NCBI GenBank assembly: GCA_965223335.1
Contig: OZ244991.1
Coordinates: forward strand, 1,184,001-1,248,000
Direction: 5' to 3'
DNA length: 64,000 bases
From: Thermodesulfobacteriota bacterium
Lineage (GTDB): Bacteria > Desulfobacterota_D > UBA1144 > Nemesobacterales > UBA2774
The notes beneath the pieces are model-generated. The model made no database searches and had not been told where the DNA came from. It saw nothing but the letters and a program-made list of their open reading frames with translations. The position numbers were made by a program, and so were the translations under genes. Shown piece by piece: positions 9,667 through 19,549 of the stretch (within the stretch, counting starts at the first letter, position 1; each line of letters opens with the position of its first letter).

Positions 9667-9754
9667 ATCTGCTATTTACGTAAGTTCTCCATCTTCTCTT
9701 ATTATCTCTATAACAAAGGCAGGTCTTGCCCGCTAGACCTGCCTTTCCTTTTTC
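9667..9754 (+). ncRNA. Candidate Pho-box-driven CU-rich sRNA
   Basis: Lies between array C and the terminator AAAGGCAGGTCT/AGACCTGCCTTT-CCTTTTT (9715-9754); no plausible gene. 5' end approximate. Confidence 0.45.
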
Positions 9755-9771
9755 TTAGAATATAAAATAGT

Positions 9772-9798
9772 TTTACAAATCTTAACAGAATCTTAACA
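9772..9798 (+). promoter_or_regulatory. Pho-box-like array D
   Basis: TTTACA 9772, TTAACA 9782, TTAACA 9793 (spacing 10 and 11), upstream of the PhoU-like gene. Confidence 0.6.
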
Positions 9799-9850
9799 TT
9801 ACTGATGTAACAATTTAGATATTCTGATAAGTGTGTCCTAGGAGGATGAA

Positions 9851-10426
9851 ATGGAGACGGAAGACATCTTGGACAGAGAAATGCTTGAGAGCAAGATAGA
9901 AGACTTTGTTGCTAAGTCTAAAAAGTACATAGATAGCAGGGACGAAGACGAGCTCGAATCTCTCAGGCAAGACATTGATACTCTCAAGTTAAAATTGAGC
10001 CAGGCCTTAGAGAATAATTCTACAAAAGAAGATATTAACTATCTCACAGCAATGAAGCTTATGCTTAAGATTATCAACAAATTTACATCCAGCGTAAGTT
10101 TGATGGAGAACCTGAAGTCCAAACAGCCGCTACATCGCGAGTTCGATACCAATGAGATGCTCGATATTCTCCTTCCACATATTAAAAACGTTGTGGAGTA
10201 CGACAAGTGGTCGGAAAGTCTGGATACGTCCAAGATAGAAGAGGACTGTCAGTTGCTCGATTCCCTCGAGGACCAGCACAAGAGAGTACTGGTTACCTAC
10301 CTCGTACAGGACTGGCACAATATGGATCAGGTTATTACGCTGCTTAAAATTGGTGAGACCTACAAAAACATAGCCGAACATCTCATAAGCCTTTCACTTA
10401 TAAGCAGTTATTTAAAGAGGCACTGA
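9851..10426 (+). CDS. Divergent PhoU-like helical protein
   Basis: C-terminus LDSLEDQHKRVLVTYLVQDWHNMDQVITLLKIGETYKNIAEH resembles the second PhoU repeat; SD AGGAGG. Confidence 0.6.
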   Translation: METEDILDREMLESKIEDFVAKSKKYIDSRDEDELESLRQDIDTLKLKLSQALENNSTKEDINYLTAMKLMLKIINKFTSSVSLMENLKSKQPLHREFDTNEMLDILLPHIKNVVEYDKWSESLDTSKIEEDCQLLDSLEDQHKRVLVTYLVQDWHNMDQVITLLKIGETYKNIAEHLISLSLISSYLKRH

Positions 10427-10471
10427 GAGTATTAGTAATAGGGGTTTGGGATTTAATCAATAGCCAAATAA

Positions 10472-11479
10472 TCAGTTTTTATTGTTCATATGTTCGTTGT
10501 ACATTCTAAATACCCTCTCGACGATCTCGGGTGAGTTGTTGTCATAACCCGGTTTGTAAGCCGTAGATGATTCGGTCCATTTAGTCAGTTCGGCTACAAA
10601 ATCACTTGTGATTTTCTCTGCTACCGCTATACCCATTTCTTTTAGTGCCTGCGCATTGCACTGCTGTTCATACTGTCTTTTCATAGGGATAACAAACAGC
10701 TTTTTCCCCAAATATAAGGTCTCCGAAGGTGTTTCAAACCCCGAATTGCAGAGCACTCCCTCGGCGCTTGCCATGCTGCGCACAAAGTCCTGATTGCTGA
10801 TCGGATAAACCTTCACATTGTTTTTTTCGTAGGGCTCACCGTTATAATGCTTTGAAAACATCTCCCACTTAACATCCACCTGGTTTAGAAGTGAACACAT
10901 ATAATCCTCATGGTATGAAGGCAGGTAAACAGTGTAGTGACCGTTATTGCTCGGTTCGGCCTCTCTTATCTCTTCTCTAATAATAGGGAGCTCGATTGTG
11001 TCATCGTACTTTTTAAAATGGAGGCCTATCGCCATATTCGTAGGGGCATACCATTTTATTATAAGCTCCTGAAACAGATTGGGGTTGGGGATCCTGGGGC
11101 TTGCTTTAGATAAAAATGCGGCCTGATGCGATATACCGATAGACGGGATGTTGTTTATTCTCGATGCCCAGGCGGTAAGAGGCTCAAAATCACTTAACAC
11201 CAGGTCATACTCTTTAACCGGAATGGACCTTAAATCTTTTATGAGTTGTAGTGGTTTTGCCTTTGCAAACGAGTCAATGTAGTCAATCCCGCCGTTTTTG
11301 CCGAATGTAAACCCGAGCCCGGTGTGTTTGTATTTTACATCTACCCCTAAATCCACCTCGTGTTGCGACCCGCTTACAAGCACATCTACATTGGCTTTCT
11401 CAACTAAGTATTTAATAATCTCCTTAGAACGAGAGATATGACCATTACCTGTTCCCTGAACCCCAAATAGTATTCTCAT
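10472..11479 (-). CDS. MJ1255/VC2487-family glycosyltransferase
   Basis: GVQGTGNGHISR, SDFEP, SGFETPSE, QYEQ. Confidence 0.85.
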   Translation of the reverse strand: MRILFGVQGTGNGHISRSKEIIKYLVEKANVDVLVSGSQHEVDLGVDVKYKHTGLGFTFGKNGGIDYIDSFAKAKPLQLIKDLRSIPVKEYDLVLSDFEPLTAWASRINNIPSIGISHQAAFLSKASPRIPNPNLFQELIIKWYAPTNMAIGLHFKKYDDTIELPIIREEIREAEPSNNGHYTVYLPSYHEDYMCSLLNQVDVKWEMFSKHYNGEPYEKNNVKVYPISNQDFVRSMASAEGVLCNSGFETPSETLYLGKKLFVIPMKRQYEQQCNAQALKEMGIAVAEKITSDFVAELTKWTESSTAYKPGYDNNSPEIVERVFRMYNEHMNNKN

Positions 11480-11631
11480 GGCCGATTTACCTCATATGGA
11501 TTACAAGAGCACTCAAAGTAAGAGTGAAATTTAACTGATTATTATGCATCGAGCATTATGGGTGTGCTTCTTCTCTAAATTTAAATTCAGGTTTACTACG
11601 ATAGGTTATGCATTTTATTCAGAAAGCAGTC

Positions 11632-11670
11632 GGTTAATACAGGGTGAATATATTGTGAAATTACGATTAA
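11632..11670 (-). promoter_or_regulatory. Pho-box-like array E
   Basis: TTAATC, TTCACA, TTCACC, TTAACC at exact 11-bp period on the minus strand, then TAAAAT at 11612-11617. Confidence 0.7.
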
Positions 11671-11726
11671 TTATAAATAGATTCGGGGCTTGTAATTTGA
11701 CCTCAATAGACTCGTGCACATTGTTG

Positions 11727-13115
11727 CTAAATCGATTTAGTTTGTTCCGGGGGTTTGTTATCCTCAGCCTCAGCCATGTCCAAAGTGCGTTTCAATAGCA
11801 CAGTGTAGATGGGTTTGCCCCCAAGTCCCTGTGCCACGATCGTAGCTGTTAGACAAGTTAGAATCAGAGGAAGGATCATCAGGTAGTTTCCGGTCATCTC
11901 GATTGTGAGTGCAATTCCGGTAAGGGGTGCCCTTACCGTGGCACAGAACAGTGCCGCCATCCCGGCGACTGCAAACATCTCGGGTTTAACTGCTAGATCG
12001 GGCAGCCACATGTGCGTAACATTGCCAAACCACATGCCAAAAAGCGTGCCGAGTGCGAGCATGGGTGCAAATATCCCACCCGTAGCCCCCGAGCCATAGC
12101 TGATCATGGTGGTGCCAAAGCGCGCTAGGAATATAAGCAGCAAGAACGCAACCGGTATCGTGCCCGAAAGTGCCGTAGGAATTACCAGATAACCTCCCCA
12201 CACCGTGTTGGGATAGAACCACGATAAAAGCCCAATGAACGCACCCACATAAAGACCTGTGAGGGTATAAGACCAGCCTTTTAAGCCCGAAAAGAAATTT
12301 AACGTTCTAATGAGTACCCGGTTGAAAATGAAACCGAAAACACCAAAGAAACAGCCGAAGATTAGAAAAAGAAACAGTGACGGCAACGGCGGGGCAGGCA
12401 TCATGGGCATGGGGATTTCAGGGCTCTGAGTGGTGAGCGTCCTAAGCACTATATCGGCGCATGCTGCGGCAATGAGTACGGCCTGTACCGAGAGGAAGTT
12501 GTATTTAAACTCGGGGCGCATCTCCTCAAACACAAATAGTATCCCTGCCAGTGGGGCGTTAAACGCTGCCGATAATCCGCCACCAGCACCAGCCGCAACT
12601 AGTGCATGTGTCTCGTCCTTCCTAAGTTTAAAAACGTCAGAGATCATCTTGCCGATATTCCCGCCCATCTGTATCGTCGGGCCTTCACGTCCCAGTACCA
12701 TTCCACCGCCAAGCGAGAGCAGACCGGCAAGGAATTTTACAGGCAGCACCCGTTTCCACCTAAGCGGCCGTACGTCATCTAGCGCCCCCTCTATCTCCTG
12801 CACGCCGCTGCCCCCGGTCTCGGGTGCACCCTTTCTAATGAGCAGAAACGCAACATATACCATTACAGCCGATATCGCTGCGGGCACTATCCACTCGGGT
12901 ATCGGTAGCGACTGCGAATATAAGATGATCGATTGTCTCAGGGTCTCGATATGTGCAATAGCAATCTGAAACACCGCACCTGCCAGTCCGGCCATGCACC
13001 CTACAACAACGGCCCAAAAAAGCAGCCTGCTGTTTCTTCCCTCCGCTGCGAGGAATCTGTGGAGGATCCTGCTTACCTCTGAGTTGTCGGACGAGGGTCT
13101 GTTATGTAGTTTCAT
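11727..13115 (-). CDS. clcA: ClC-family H+/Cl- antiporter
   Basis: GSGVQE, GREGPT, FNAPLAG..FEEM, GGIFAP, PIY. Confidence 0.92.
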   Translation of the reverse strand: MKLHNRPSSDNSEVSRILHRFLAAEGRNSRLLFWAVVVGCMAGLAGAVFQIAIAHIETLRQSIILYSQSLPIPEWIVPAAISAVMVYVAFLLIRKGAPETGGSGVQEIEGALDDVRPLRWKRVLPVKFLAGLLSLGGGMVLGREGPTIQMGGNIGKMISDVFKLRKDETHALVAAGAGGGLSAAFNAPLAGILFVFEEMRPEFKYNFLSVQAVLIAAACADIVLRTLTTQSPEIPMPMMPAPPLPSLFLFLIFGCFFGVFGFIFNRVLIRTLNFFSGLKGWSYTLTGLYVGAFIGLLSWFYPNTVWGGYLVIPTALSGTIPVAFLLLIFLARFGTTMISYGSGATGGIFAPMLALGTLFGMWFGNVTHMWLPDLAVKPEMFAVAGMAALFCATVRAPLTGIALTIEMTGNYLMILPLILTCLTATIVAQGLGGKPIYTVLLKRTLDMAEAEDNKPPEQTKSI

Positions 13116-13236
13116 GGCTATATTTCAATTCTAGTGAACAATATAACCATAATTAAGATTAAACAGAAAAAAGAATGGCGGATGGTTGAATTGTAATCTT
13201 GAGTGTGTGATTACGGTGTGAATCTTGCGTGCGGGA

Positions 13237-14199
13237 TCAGAAATTGTCCCTGTTATGGGGTGCAGATAGGTCCTGCTCGGGGCCGAGCGGTACAATACCT
13301 GTGGGGTTTATTGTTAAGTGGCTTCCATAGTAATGGTTTTTTATGTGGTCCATGTTGACTGTGTCTATAACACCCGGGACCTGATATAGCTCGCGCAGGT
13401 AATTGGATAGGTTTTCATAGCTCTCTATTAATCTCTTGTTGCACTTGAAGTGGCTGTAGTACACCGGGTCGAAACGAAGCAGTGTAGTGAACAGTCTCCA
13501 ATCGGCCTCTGTGAGTTTTTCTCCTGCCAGGTACCTCGATTTACCCAGTATGTTTTCTATATCATCGAGAGCATCAAATAATTGAGTAAACGCCTCTTCA
13601 TAAGCCTCTTGGGTGGTGGCAAATCCGCATCTGTATACAGCGTTATTTATCTTTTCATATACGATATTATTTATACGGTCGATCTCCTCTCGTCTGTCTT
13701 CGGGGTAAAAATCCAGTACCGAGTTTGCGCCTAAATGGTCAAATTCAGTATTAAACATCCTTATTATCTCGGACGATTCGTTGTTGACTATGGTGTTTGT
13801 GTGCTTATCCCATAGCACTGGTACAGTGACGCGACCCGAGTAATCCGGCTTTGCAGCTGTGTAGATCTCGTGCAGGTACCGTGAGTTGTTGATACTGTCG
13901 GGTACACAGCCGTCCCCTTCTCTAAACTCCCAGCCATTTTCCAGCATCATAGGATGGACTATTGAGAGCGATATTGTTTCTTCTAGGTTTTTTAGCTTTC
14001 TAAATACGAGTGTGCGGTGCGCCCAGGGGCATGCATACGATACATATAGATGGTAGCGTCCGGTTTCGGCTTTAAATCCCCCGGCGCCCTCTCGAGTTAT
14101 CCAATCCCTAAACTGGCTCTTGGCCCTTACAAACCGCCCACCGGTCGTCTTTGTATCGTACCAGTTGTCTTGCCACTTTCCGTCTACTAATAGTCCCAT
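13237..14199 (-). CDS. yqjG: Glutathionyl-hydroquinone reductase (GST Xi/omega-like)
   Basis: MGLLVDGKW, CPWAHR, TVPVLWD, NNESSEI, INPTGIVP. Confidence 0.93.
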   Translation of the reverse strand: MGLLVDGKWQDNWYDTKTTGGRFVRAKSQFRDWITREGAGGFKAETGRYHLYVSYACPWAHRTLVFRKLKNLEETISLSIVHPMMLENGWEFREGDGCVPDSINNSRYLHEIYTAAKPDYSGRVTVPVLWDKHTNTIVNNESSEIIRMFNTEFDHLGANSVLDFYPEDRREEIDRINNIVYEKINNAVYRCGFATTQEAYEEAFTQLFDALDDIENILGKSRYLAGEKLTEADWRLFTTLLRFDPVYYSHFKCNKRLIESYENLSNYLRELYQVPGVIDTVNMDHIKNHYYGSHLTINPTGIVPLGPEQDLSAPHNRDNF

Positions 14200-14223
14200 C
14201 AGTTTTATATTTGCATCTTAGAG

Positions 14224-14652
14224 TTACCAGGCCGTGACATCGGCAAATGCCAATACCTTTTTCGGATGTATTGTTACCAATAGCTCGCCTGGCACACCGT
14301 TTCTTTTTCCATAAGCCTCTGCCTGGTCTTCACCCATATACCTGCCCCCGATTAGCGTGGCCCAGTGCAAAAGCTCTTTAGGGTCCTCAGAGAATGTCAC
14401 CTCTCCCTCGACAGTTACAAACGAGTAGGGCGGGGTCTGGTCGTCCACCGTTATTGAGACTCTCGGGTCCCGCATCATGTTTTTGGCTTTAACGGACTCT
14501 CTGCCTGTATTGAACTTTAGATTATCACCGTCCATATAAAACCATATGGGCACCACATGGGGGCGGCCGTCGGCCCTCACGGTAGCCAGTTTGCCGGTCT
14601 TAGTGCCCGAACCAAGAAACTCGATATACTCCTCTTTTGTCATTACTCCCAT
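14224..14652 (-). CDS. PPOX-class, probably F420-dependent, oxidoreductase
   Basis: LATVRADGRPHVVPIWF, KAKNMMRDPRVSITVDD. Confidence 0.85.
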   Translation of the reverse strand: MGVMTKEEYIEFLGSGTKTGKLATVRADGRPHVVPIWFYMDGDNLKFNTGRESVKAKNMMRDPRVSITVDDQTPPYSFVTVEGEVTFSEDPKELLHWATLIGGRYMGEDQAEAYGKRNGVPGELLVTIHPKKVLAFADVTAW

Positions 14653-14742
14653 GATGCGCTCTCCTTGTATAGAAGATTATTTCATATAAAACTATTTTGA
14701 GTATAGCTAAGTGGATTAGGATTCAAATCATGATCCCGGGGA

Positions 14743-16128
14743 TCACCATTTTGATACCTGTTTTTTAAGCTGGCGGATCATTCTGCGTACATTAGATGTG
14801 GCCGTACCGCCCTGGGATTTCCTGCTCTCGAGCGAGCCTTCTATGGATATGTAATTGTATACATCGTTTTTAAAGAGGCCAGAGAATTTGTTGAGTTCTG
14901 TTATGTCCAACTGCTCAAGCTCGACACCTTTTTTCTCGGCATAAGCTACTATTTTGCCCGCTATCTCATGAGCGTCCCTAAAGGGCATGCCCATGCGTGT
15001 CAAATAATCGGCAATGTCTGTAGCCGTGATAAAACCGTTGCTTAGAGCATTATACATATTGGCCTTATTGAACTTGATCTGCTTTAGCATCTCATCGAGT
15101 ATCCCGAGCGCTGACTTGATGGTGTCCACTGTATCGAACATAGGTTCTTTATCCTCTTGGAGGTCCCTATTGTAAGATAGCGGCAGTCCTTTTAGCACAG
15201 TATGGATCGTAACCAAGTTGCCATAGACCCTGCCCGTCTTACCCCGGATCAACTCGGCCATATCGGGGTTCCGTTTCTGGGGCATAATGCTTGAGCCGGT
15301 GGTAAACTGATCGCCCAGGTCTATAAACTCAAACTCTTTACTCGACCACACGACGAACTCCTCCGCTATCCTGCTTAAGTGCTGTGCCAGGATTGCAGAT
15401 ACCGAGATAAACTCCGTAATGAAATCCCTGTCGCTCACCGTATCTATGCTGTTTTGGGTGACTTTAGGAAAACCCAGCAGCCGGGCCACATATGCTCTAT
15501 CTATCGGAAACGACGTCCCAGCCCCCGCACAAGCCCCGAGAGGCATCACGTTTACCCTGCCTAGACAGTCCACGTAGCGCTCCCGATCCCGTCTGAGCAT
15601 CTCCGAGTACGCCAACAGATGGTGTGCCAGCAATACGGGTTGACCGCGCTGCAAGTGAGTGTAGAGCGGTAAGATTGCGTCGATATTACCCTCTGCAAGA
15701 GCGATCAGCCGCTCGATTATCGATATTAGATGCTTTGTGATCTTGTTAATTTCATTTCTCAGGTATAGCCGCATATCCAGTGTGACCTGGTCGTTACGGC
15801 TCCTTGCTGTGTGTATTTTGCCCCCCACGCTTCCGATCTTCTCTGTAAGTCTGCTCTCGATATTAAGGTGGATATCCTCAAGGTCCGTCCTAAATGGGAA
15901 CTTGCCCGACGATATCTCTTTCTCTATGGATCCGAGGCCCTTAATAATCTTATCGGCCTCTTTTTTGGGAATAATCCCGGTTTTCCCAAGCATCTTTACG
16001 TGTGCAATACTCCCCTCAATATCCTCTTTGTAAAGTTTCTTGTCATGGTCTATAGAGGCCGAGAATTCTTCAGCCACGCTATGAGTCTTTTTCTTAAATC
16101 TGCCCGACCAGGGCTTTTTCCGAGACAT
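14743..16128 (-). CDS. argH: Argininosuccinate lyase
   Basis: WSGRF, HTARSRNDQ, GSSIMPQKRNPD, YNRDLQEDK. Confidence 0.98.
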   Translation of the reverse strand: MSRKKPWSGRFKKKTHSVAEEFSASIDHDKKLYKEDIEGSIAHVKMLGKTGIIPKKEADKIIKGLGSIEKEISSGKFPFRTDLEDIHLNIESRLTEKIGSVGGKIHTARSRNDQVTLDMRLYLRNEINKITKHLISIIERLIALAEGNIDAILPLYTHLQRGQPVLLAHHLLAYSEMLRRDRERYVDCLGRVNVMPLGACAGAGTSFPIDRAYVARLLGFPKVTQNSIDTVSDRDFITEFISVSAILAQHLSRIAEEFVVWSSKEFEFIDLGDQFTTGSSIMPQKRNPDMAELIRGKTGRVYGNLVTIHTVLKGLPLSYNRDLQEDKEPMFDTVDTIKSALGILDEMLKQIKFNKANMYNALSNGFITATDIADYLTRMGMPFRDAHEIAGKIVAYAEKKGVELEQLDITELNKFSGLFKNDVYNYISIEGSLESRKSQGGTATSNVRRMIRQLKKQVSKW

Positions 16129-16240
16129 TAGTCCTCCAAATAAATCTATGCGTGCTATAAAAATAGGAGTAAATCGGTGTTTTCCTCATTACTATACCAC
16201 AGGTCATAGGCACGAAAGAAGCCGAGTTTACCTGACCATC

Positions 16241-16987
16241 TTAAAGGCCCATTCCCGATGTGAACAAGAGCATTATAACAAGCCCTATCATAACACCCCA
16301 CGCGGTGTCGTACTTTGTACCGTGCGCAAGGCTCTCGGGCAAGAGCTCGGCTATGGCAAGGAACACCATCGCACCCCCAGCAAACCCGAGTCCAAAGACC
16401 AGTAGAGGTTGGAAAATCCATACGAGCAGAAATGCAGGCACGGCAGCCAGAGGTTGCGGTACGCTTGTGAGTATTGCATAACCGGCACACTTCCACGTCG
16501 AGACCCCCTTGGCCTTAAGCGGCAGCGAAATGGCTATACCCTCGGGGATGTTGTGCACTGCAATTGCTATTGCGAGCAATAGGCCGAACTTATAATCCCC
16601 CGTCGCGTACCCCACTCCTATTGCTATTCCCTCTGGGATGCTGTGTATAAACATGGTGATTATCATCAGCACCGACTGCTTGGAGTCGTAGGAGTTTAGG
16701 TTCTCTATCTTCCAGTCCCGTTTTTCTATCTTTTTGGCTGTAAACCAGTAAAAGAACGCCCCCACTATAAAGCCCGCTGCTACGTCCCATACCTTTCCGC
16801 GTCGAAGTCCCTGCTCGGCAAGGCTGAACACCGAGGCCGATATCATCATCCCGCCCGCAATAGCGTAAGCATAGGCCTGAAACCTTTTGGAGATGGTTTT
16901 AACAAAAGCGAATGGCAGTGCCCCGAGCCCGGTTGCGAGATCGGTTAAGAGTGCTACAAAAAATACCTGCCAGACCAGTGAGCTCAT
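16241..16987 (-). CDS. ZIP family metal transporter
   Basis: HSIPEG and HNIPEG motifs; multiple TM helices. Confidence 0.92.
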   Translation of the reverse strand: MSSLVWQVFFVALLTDLATGLGALPFAFVKTISKRFQAYAYAIAGGMMISASVFSLAEQGLRRGKVWDVAAGFIVGAFFYWFTAKKIEKRDWKIENLNSYDSKQSVLMIITMFIHSIPEGIAIGVGYATGDYKFGLLLAIAIAVHNIPEGIAISLPLKAKGVSTWKCAGYAILTSVPQPLAAVPAFLLVWIFQPLLVFGLGFAGGAMVFLAIAELLPESLAHGTKYDTAWGVMIGLVIMLLFTSGMGL

Positions 16988-17074
16988 GTCGAGATTATTA
17001 TAATACGGCGGGTGTTGTTATCCAGCTTTTAATGAAATTGCGATTAGGCTCAGTCGAGCAGTTATATCAAATGA

Positions 17075-18331
17075 TCACTTACTTGATGGGTCGATAATCT
17101 GAACCGTATGTTTTATCCCTGATTCAAGGTCTACCAACACGCTCATTACCTCTCCCAGGTGTCGCGTCATCAAGAAGTTTTGCCGCACGTGTTCTTTGGC
17201 GTTCTTTCCTATCTCCTCCATCTGCTCTGGGTTTTGGAGCAGTTGGATCATTCTACGAGCTGCGTCTTCCGGCGAGTCCACTAAATAGCCTGTTTGTCCA
17301 TCTATGAGTTGTAGTCGTATACCCCCTGTGTTCCCGCCGATCACGGGCTTTGATTTCCAAAGCCCCTCTGTCACGGTAAGCCCGAACCCTTCCTTAGTAG
17401 ACTTCTGCAGCACAATGTCAGCGGCTCTCTGCAGTGCGTTTATGGTGCGGTGGGCATCGGGTGGTAGCAACAGTATGTGTACATCGGGGTCGTCCCCTGC
17501 CGCTTGCCTTACCTCGGCCAGCACCTCCTCTCCCTCGGGGTCGTCTGTGGCCGTCCCCCCGGCCAGTACCAGTTGCAATCCCCCCACGGTTTTCGTAGCG
17601 ATACTATATGCTTCAATCACTCCCACAGGGTCTTTAAACCGGTCAAACCTCGATACCTGTAGTATCATAGGTCTGTTTGGGTCAATATCGAACTCATTAT
17701 AAATGTTGTTTATTTCGTTTTCCCCAAGCTCGGTGTTTTTATCGCTTAGGGGGTCTATGCTGGGTGCAATGAGGTACTGCCTATGAGGGAGCTTTTGAGC
17801 AAAATCAGCCAGCGAAAAAATGCTCGCATCGTATTGTGCTACGTATCTACTCAAGTATTCCCATACCGGTTTGTGCGGGCTGCTGGCATCTATGTGACAG
17901 CGCCATACCCACTTGCCTTTTCTTTTGGGAAATTGTTCAAGTAGGGCTGCGGGCTGGGGATCGTGAATGATTACAAAATCTGCATCCTCAAGAGTGGGTC
18001 TCAGTTTTTCTGAGTTCTCCACATTGGTCTCTTCATAAGCTTCTATGAGCCGCTTGGGTATATCCACCGGGTTGCCCTGCAGGGCGTTATGCATGTTCTT
18101 GGTACAGTTGTAAAAATCCGCCTCTCCCTCTACTACCTCCCACGACGCATCTATACCCAGATCACGCATAAGCGGGATGAACTTATCCAAAATCTCCGCC
18201 ACCCCTCCTCCGACACGCGTGGAGTTCACATGCACTACTTTCCGGTCCCTAAGCGGCGAAGCCACCTCCTCGAGGTCACGAATTACCTTGCTACCTGTTA
18301 TCGGTTCATATATCGAGAGTTTCTCACCCAA
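17075..18331 (-). CDS. treT: Trehalose synthase (GT4 glycosyltransferase)
   Basis: NSTRVGGGVAEIL, IHDPQP, WRCHID, SRFDRFKDP, EGFGLTVTEG. Confidence 0.85.
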   Translation of the reverse strand: MGEKLSIYEPITGSKVIRDLEEVASPLRDRKVVHVNSTRVGGGVAEILDKFIPLMRDLGIDASWEVVEGEADFYNCTKNMHNALQGNPVDIPKRLIEAYEETNVENSEKLRPTLEDADFVIIHDPQPAALLEQFPKRKGKWVWRCHIDASSPHKPVWEYLSRYVAQYDASIFSLADFAQKLPHRQYLIAPSIDPLSDKNTELGENEINNIYNEFDIDPNRPMILQVSRFDRFKDPVGVIEAYSIATKTVGGLQLVLAGGTATDDPEGEEVLAEVRQAAGDDPDVHILLLPPDAHRTINALQRAADIVLQKSTKEGFGLTVTEGLWKSKPVIGGNTGGIRLQLIDGQTGYLVDSPEDAARRMIQLLQNPEQMEEIGKNAKEHVRQNFLMTRHLGEVMSVLVDLESGIKHTVQIIDPSSK

Positions 18332-18672
18332 TTTCTTGCTCCATGGTTCTGTTCATTTTGTGCTAGGCACGTGGCCTGCATGCAATCTTGATTTATACAC
18401 AGTGTCTAATGTTATAAGATCAGTGCGCCGTCTGTATGTTCTATAATAATTATGAGGAGAGGTAATTATAGAGAGTATACGGAAATACTCAAATCAATAA
18501 TTAGTTCACATAAGTCGTGTGGTTAAATGAATTTTTAGCACTATAATTTTAATAGAATTTATTTCCAATGTCTCGCGTGTCAAAGTCACACGAGAACTAT
18601 TGGAATTTAGAACTATCTCATTTAAAATTTACATTAGTTATTGGATTTGTGTACAATTTAAGGGGGTGATAC

Positions 18673-19533
18673 ATGCGTTGGAAATTAGGTAGAAGGAGCA
18701 GTAATGTTGAAGACCGCCGAGGGGCGCGAGTACCTCGCAAGGCTGCGGGTGGCGGGCTTGGACTACTAATCATAATAATTCTTGCATTACTATTCGGTGT
18801 CGATCCCACTCAGTTCCTGGGTCAGATTACTCGTACGGGAACCACCACCAGTCCCCAGGGCCAGCCCACTCAACAGAGCCCTGAAGACAACAAACTGGCC
18901 GACTTTGTTTCAGTGGTGCTTGCCGACACCGAGGACACTTGGAACACGCTTTTTCCCAAAGTCACCGGCTCCAGGTACCGCGAGCCCAACCTGGTGATGT
19001 TTACCGGAGCCGTGGAATCGGCGTGCGGTTTTGCTCAGGCAGCTATGGGTCCGTTTTACTGCCCGCGTGACCACAAGGTGTATATTGACCTCGATTTTTA
19101 CAGGGACCTTAAACACAAGATGAACTCCCCGGGCGATTTTGCACAGGCCTATGTCATAGCACACGAGGTAGGTCACCACGTACAAAACCTGCTGGGTATA
19201 TCCGAGCAGGTTTTTAACGCCAGAACCAGGCTCAATCAAAGAGACGGTAACAAGCTCTCTGTTATGCAGGAGCTCCAGGCCGACTGCCTTGCCGGGATCT
19301 GGGCTCACCACGCCGATAAAGCCCGCCAGATCCTTGAGGAAGGGGACATCGAAGAGGCACTAAATGCCGCAAGCAACATCGGCGACGACCGTCTGCAGAA
19401 ACAGGGCAGGGGCTACGTTACACCCGATTCCTTTACTCACGGCAGTTCTCAGCAAAGAGTGCGTTGGTTCAAGATCGGTCTTAGGTCAGGTGAATATAAA
19501 GACTGCAACACATTCGAGGCCGACCGCCTCTAG
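18673..19533 (+). CDS. YpfJ-like neutral zinc metallopeptidase
   Basis: RRSSNVEDRR, GPFYCP, HEVGHH, ELQADC, FTHG. Confidence 0.92.
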   Translation: MRWKLGRRSSNVEDRRGARVPRKAAGGGLGLLIIIILALLFGVDPTQFLGQITRTGTTTSPQGQPTQQSPEDNKLADFVSVVLADTEDTWNTLFPKVTGSRYREPNLVMFTGAVESACGFAQAAMGPFYCPRDHKVYIDLDFYRDLKHKMNSPGDFAQAYVIAHEVGHHVQNLLGISEQVFNARTRLNQRDGNKLSVMQELQADCLAGIWAHHADKARQILEEGDIEEALNAASNIGDDRLQKQGRGYVTPDSFTHGSSQQRVRWFKIGLRSGEYKDCNTFEADRL

Positions 19534-19549
19534 CCGATTTACTATAGTT

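Noticed and set aside
11727..13115. ClC as a fluoride exporter
   Set aside because: Has GSG, GREGPT and the central Tyr of chloride antiporters rather than GNNLI/GREGT; no fluoride riboswitch seen
18571..18595. Imperfect inverted repeat between treT and the YpfJ-like gene
   Set aside because: Single short element with no U tract or recognisable motif
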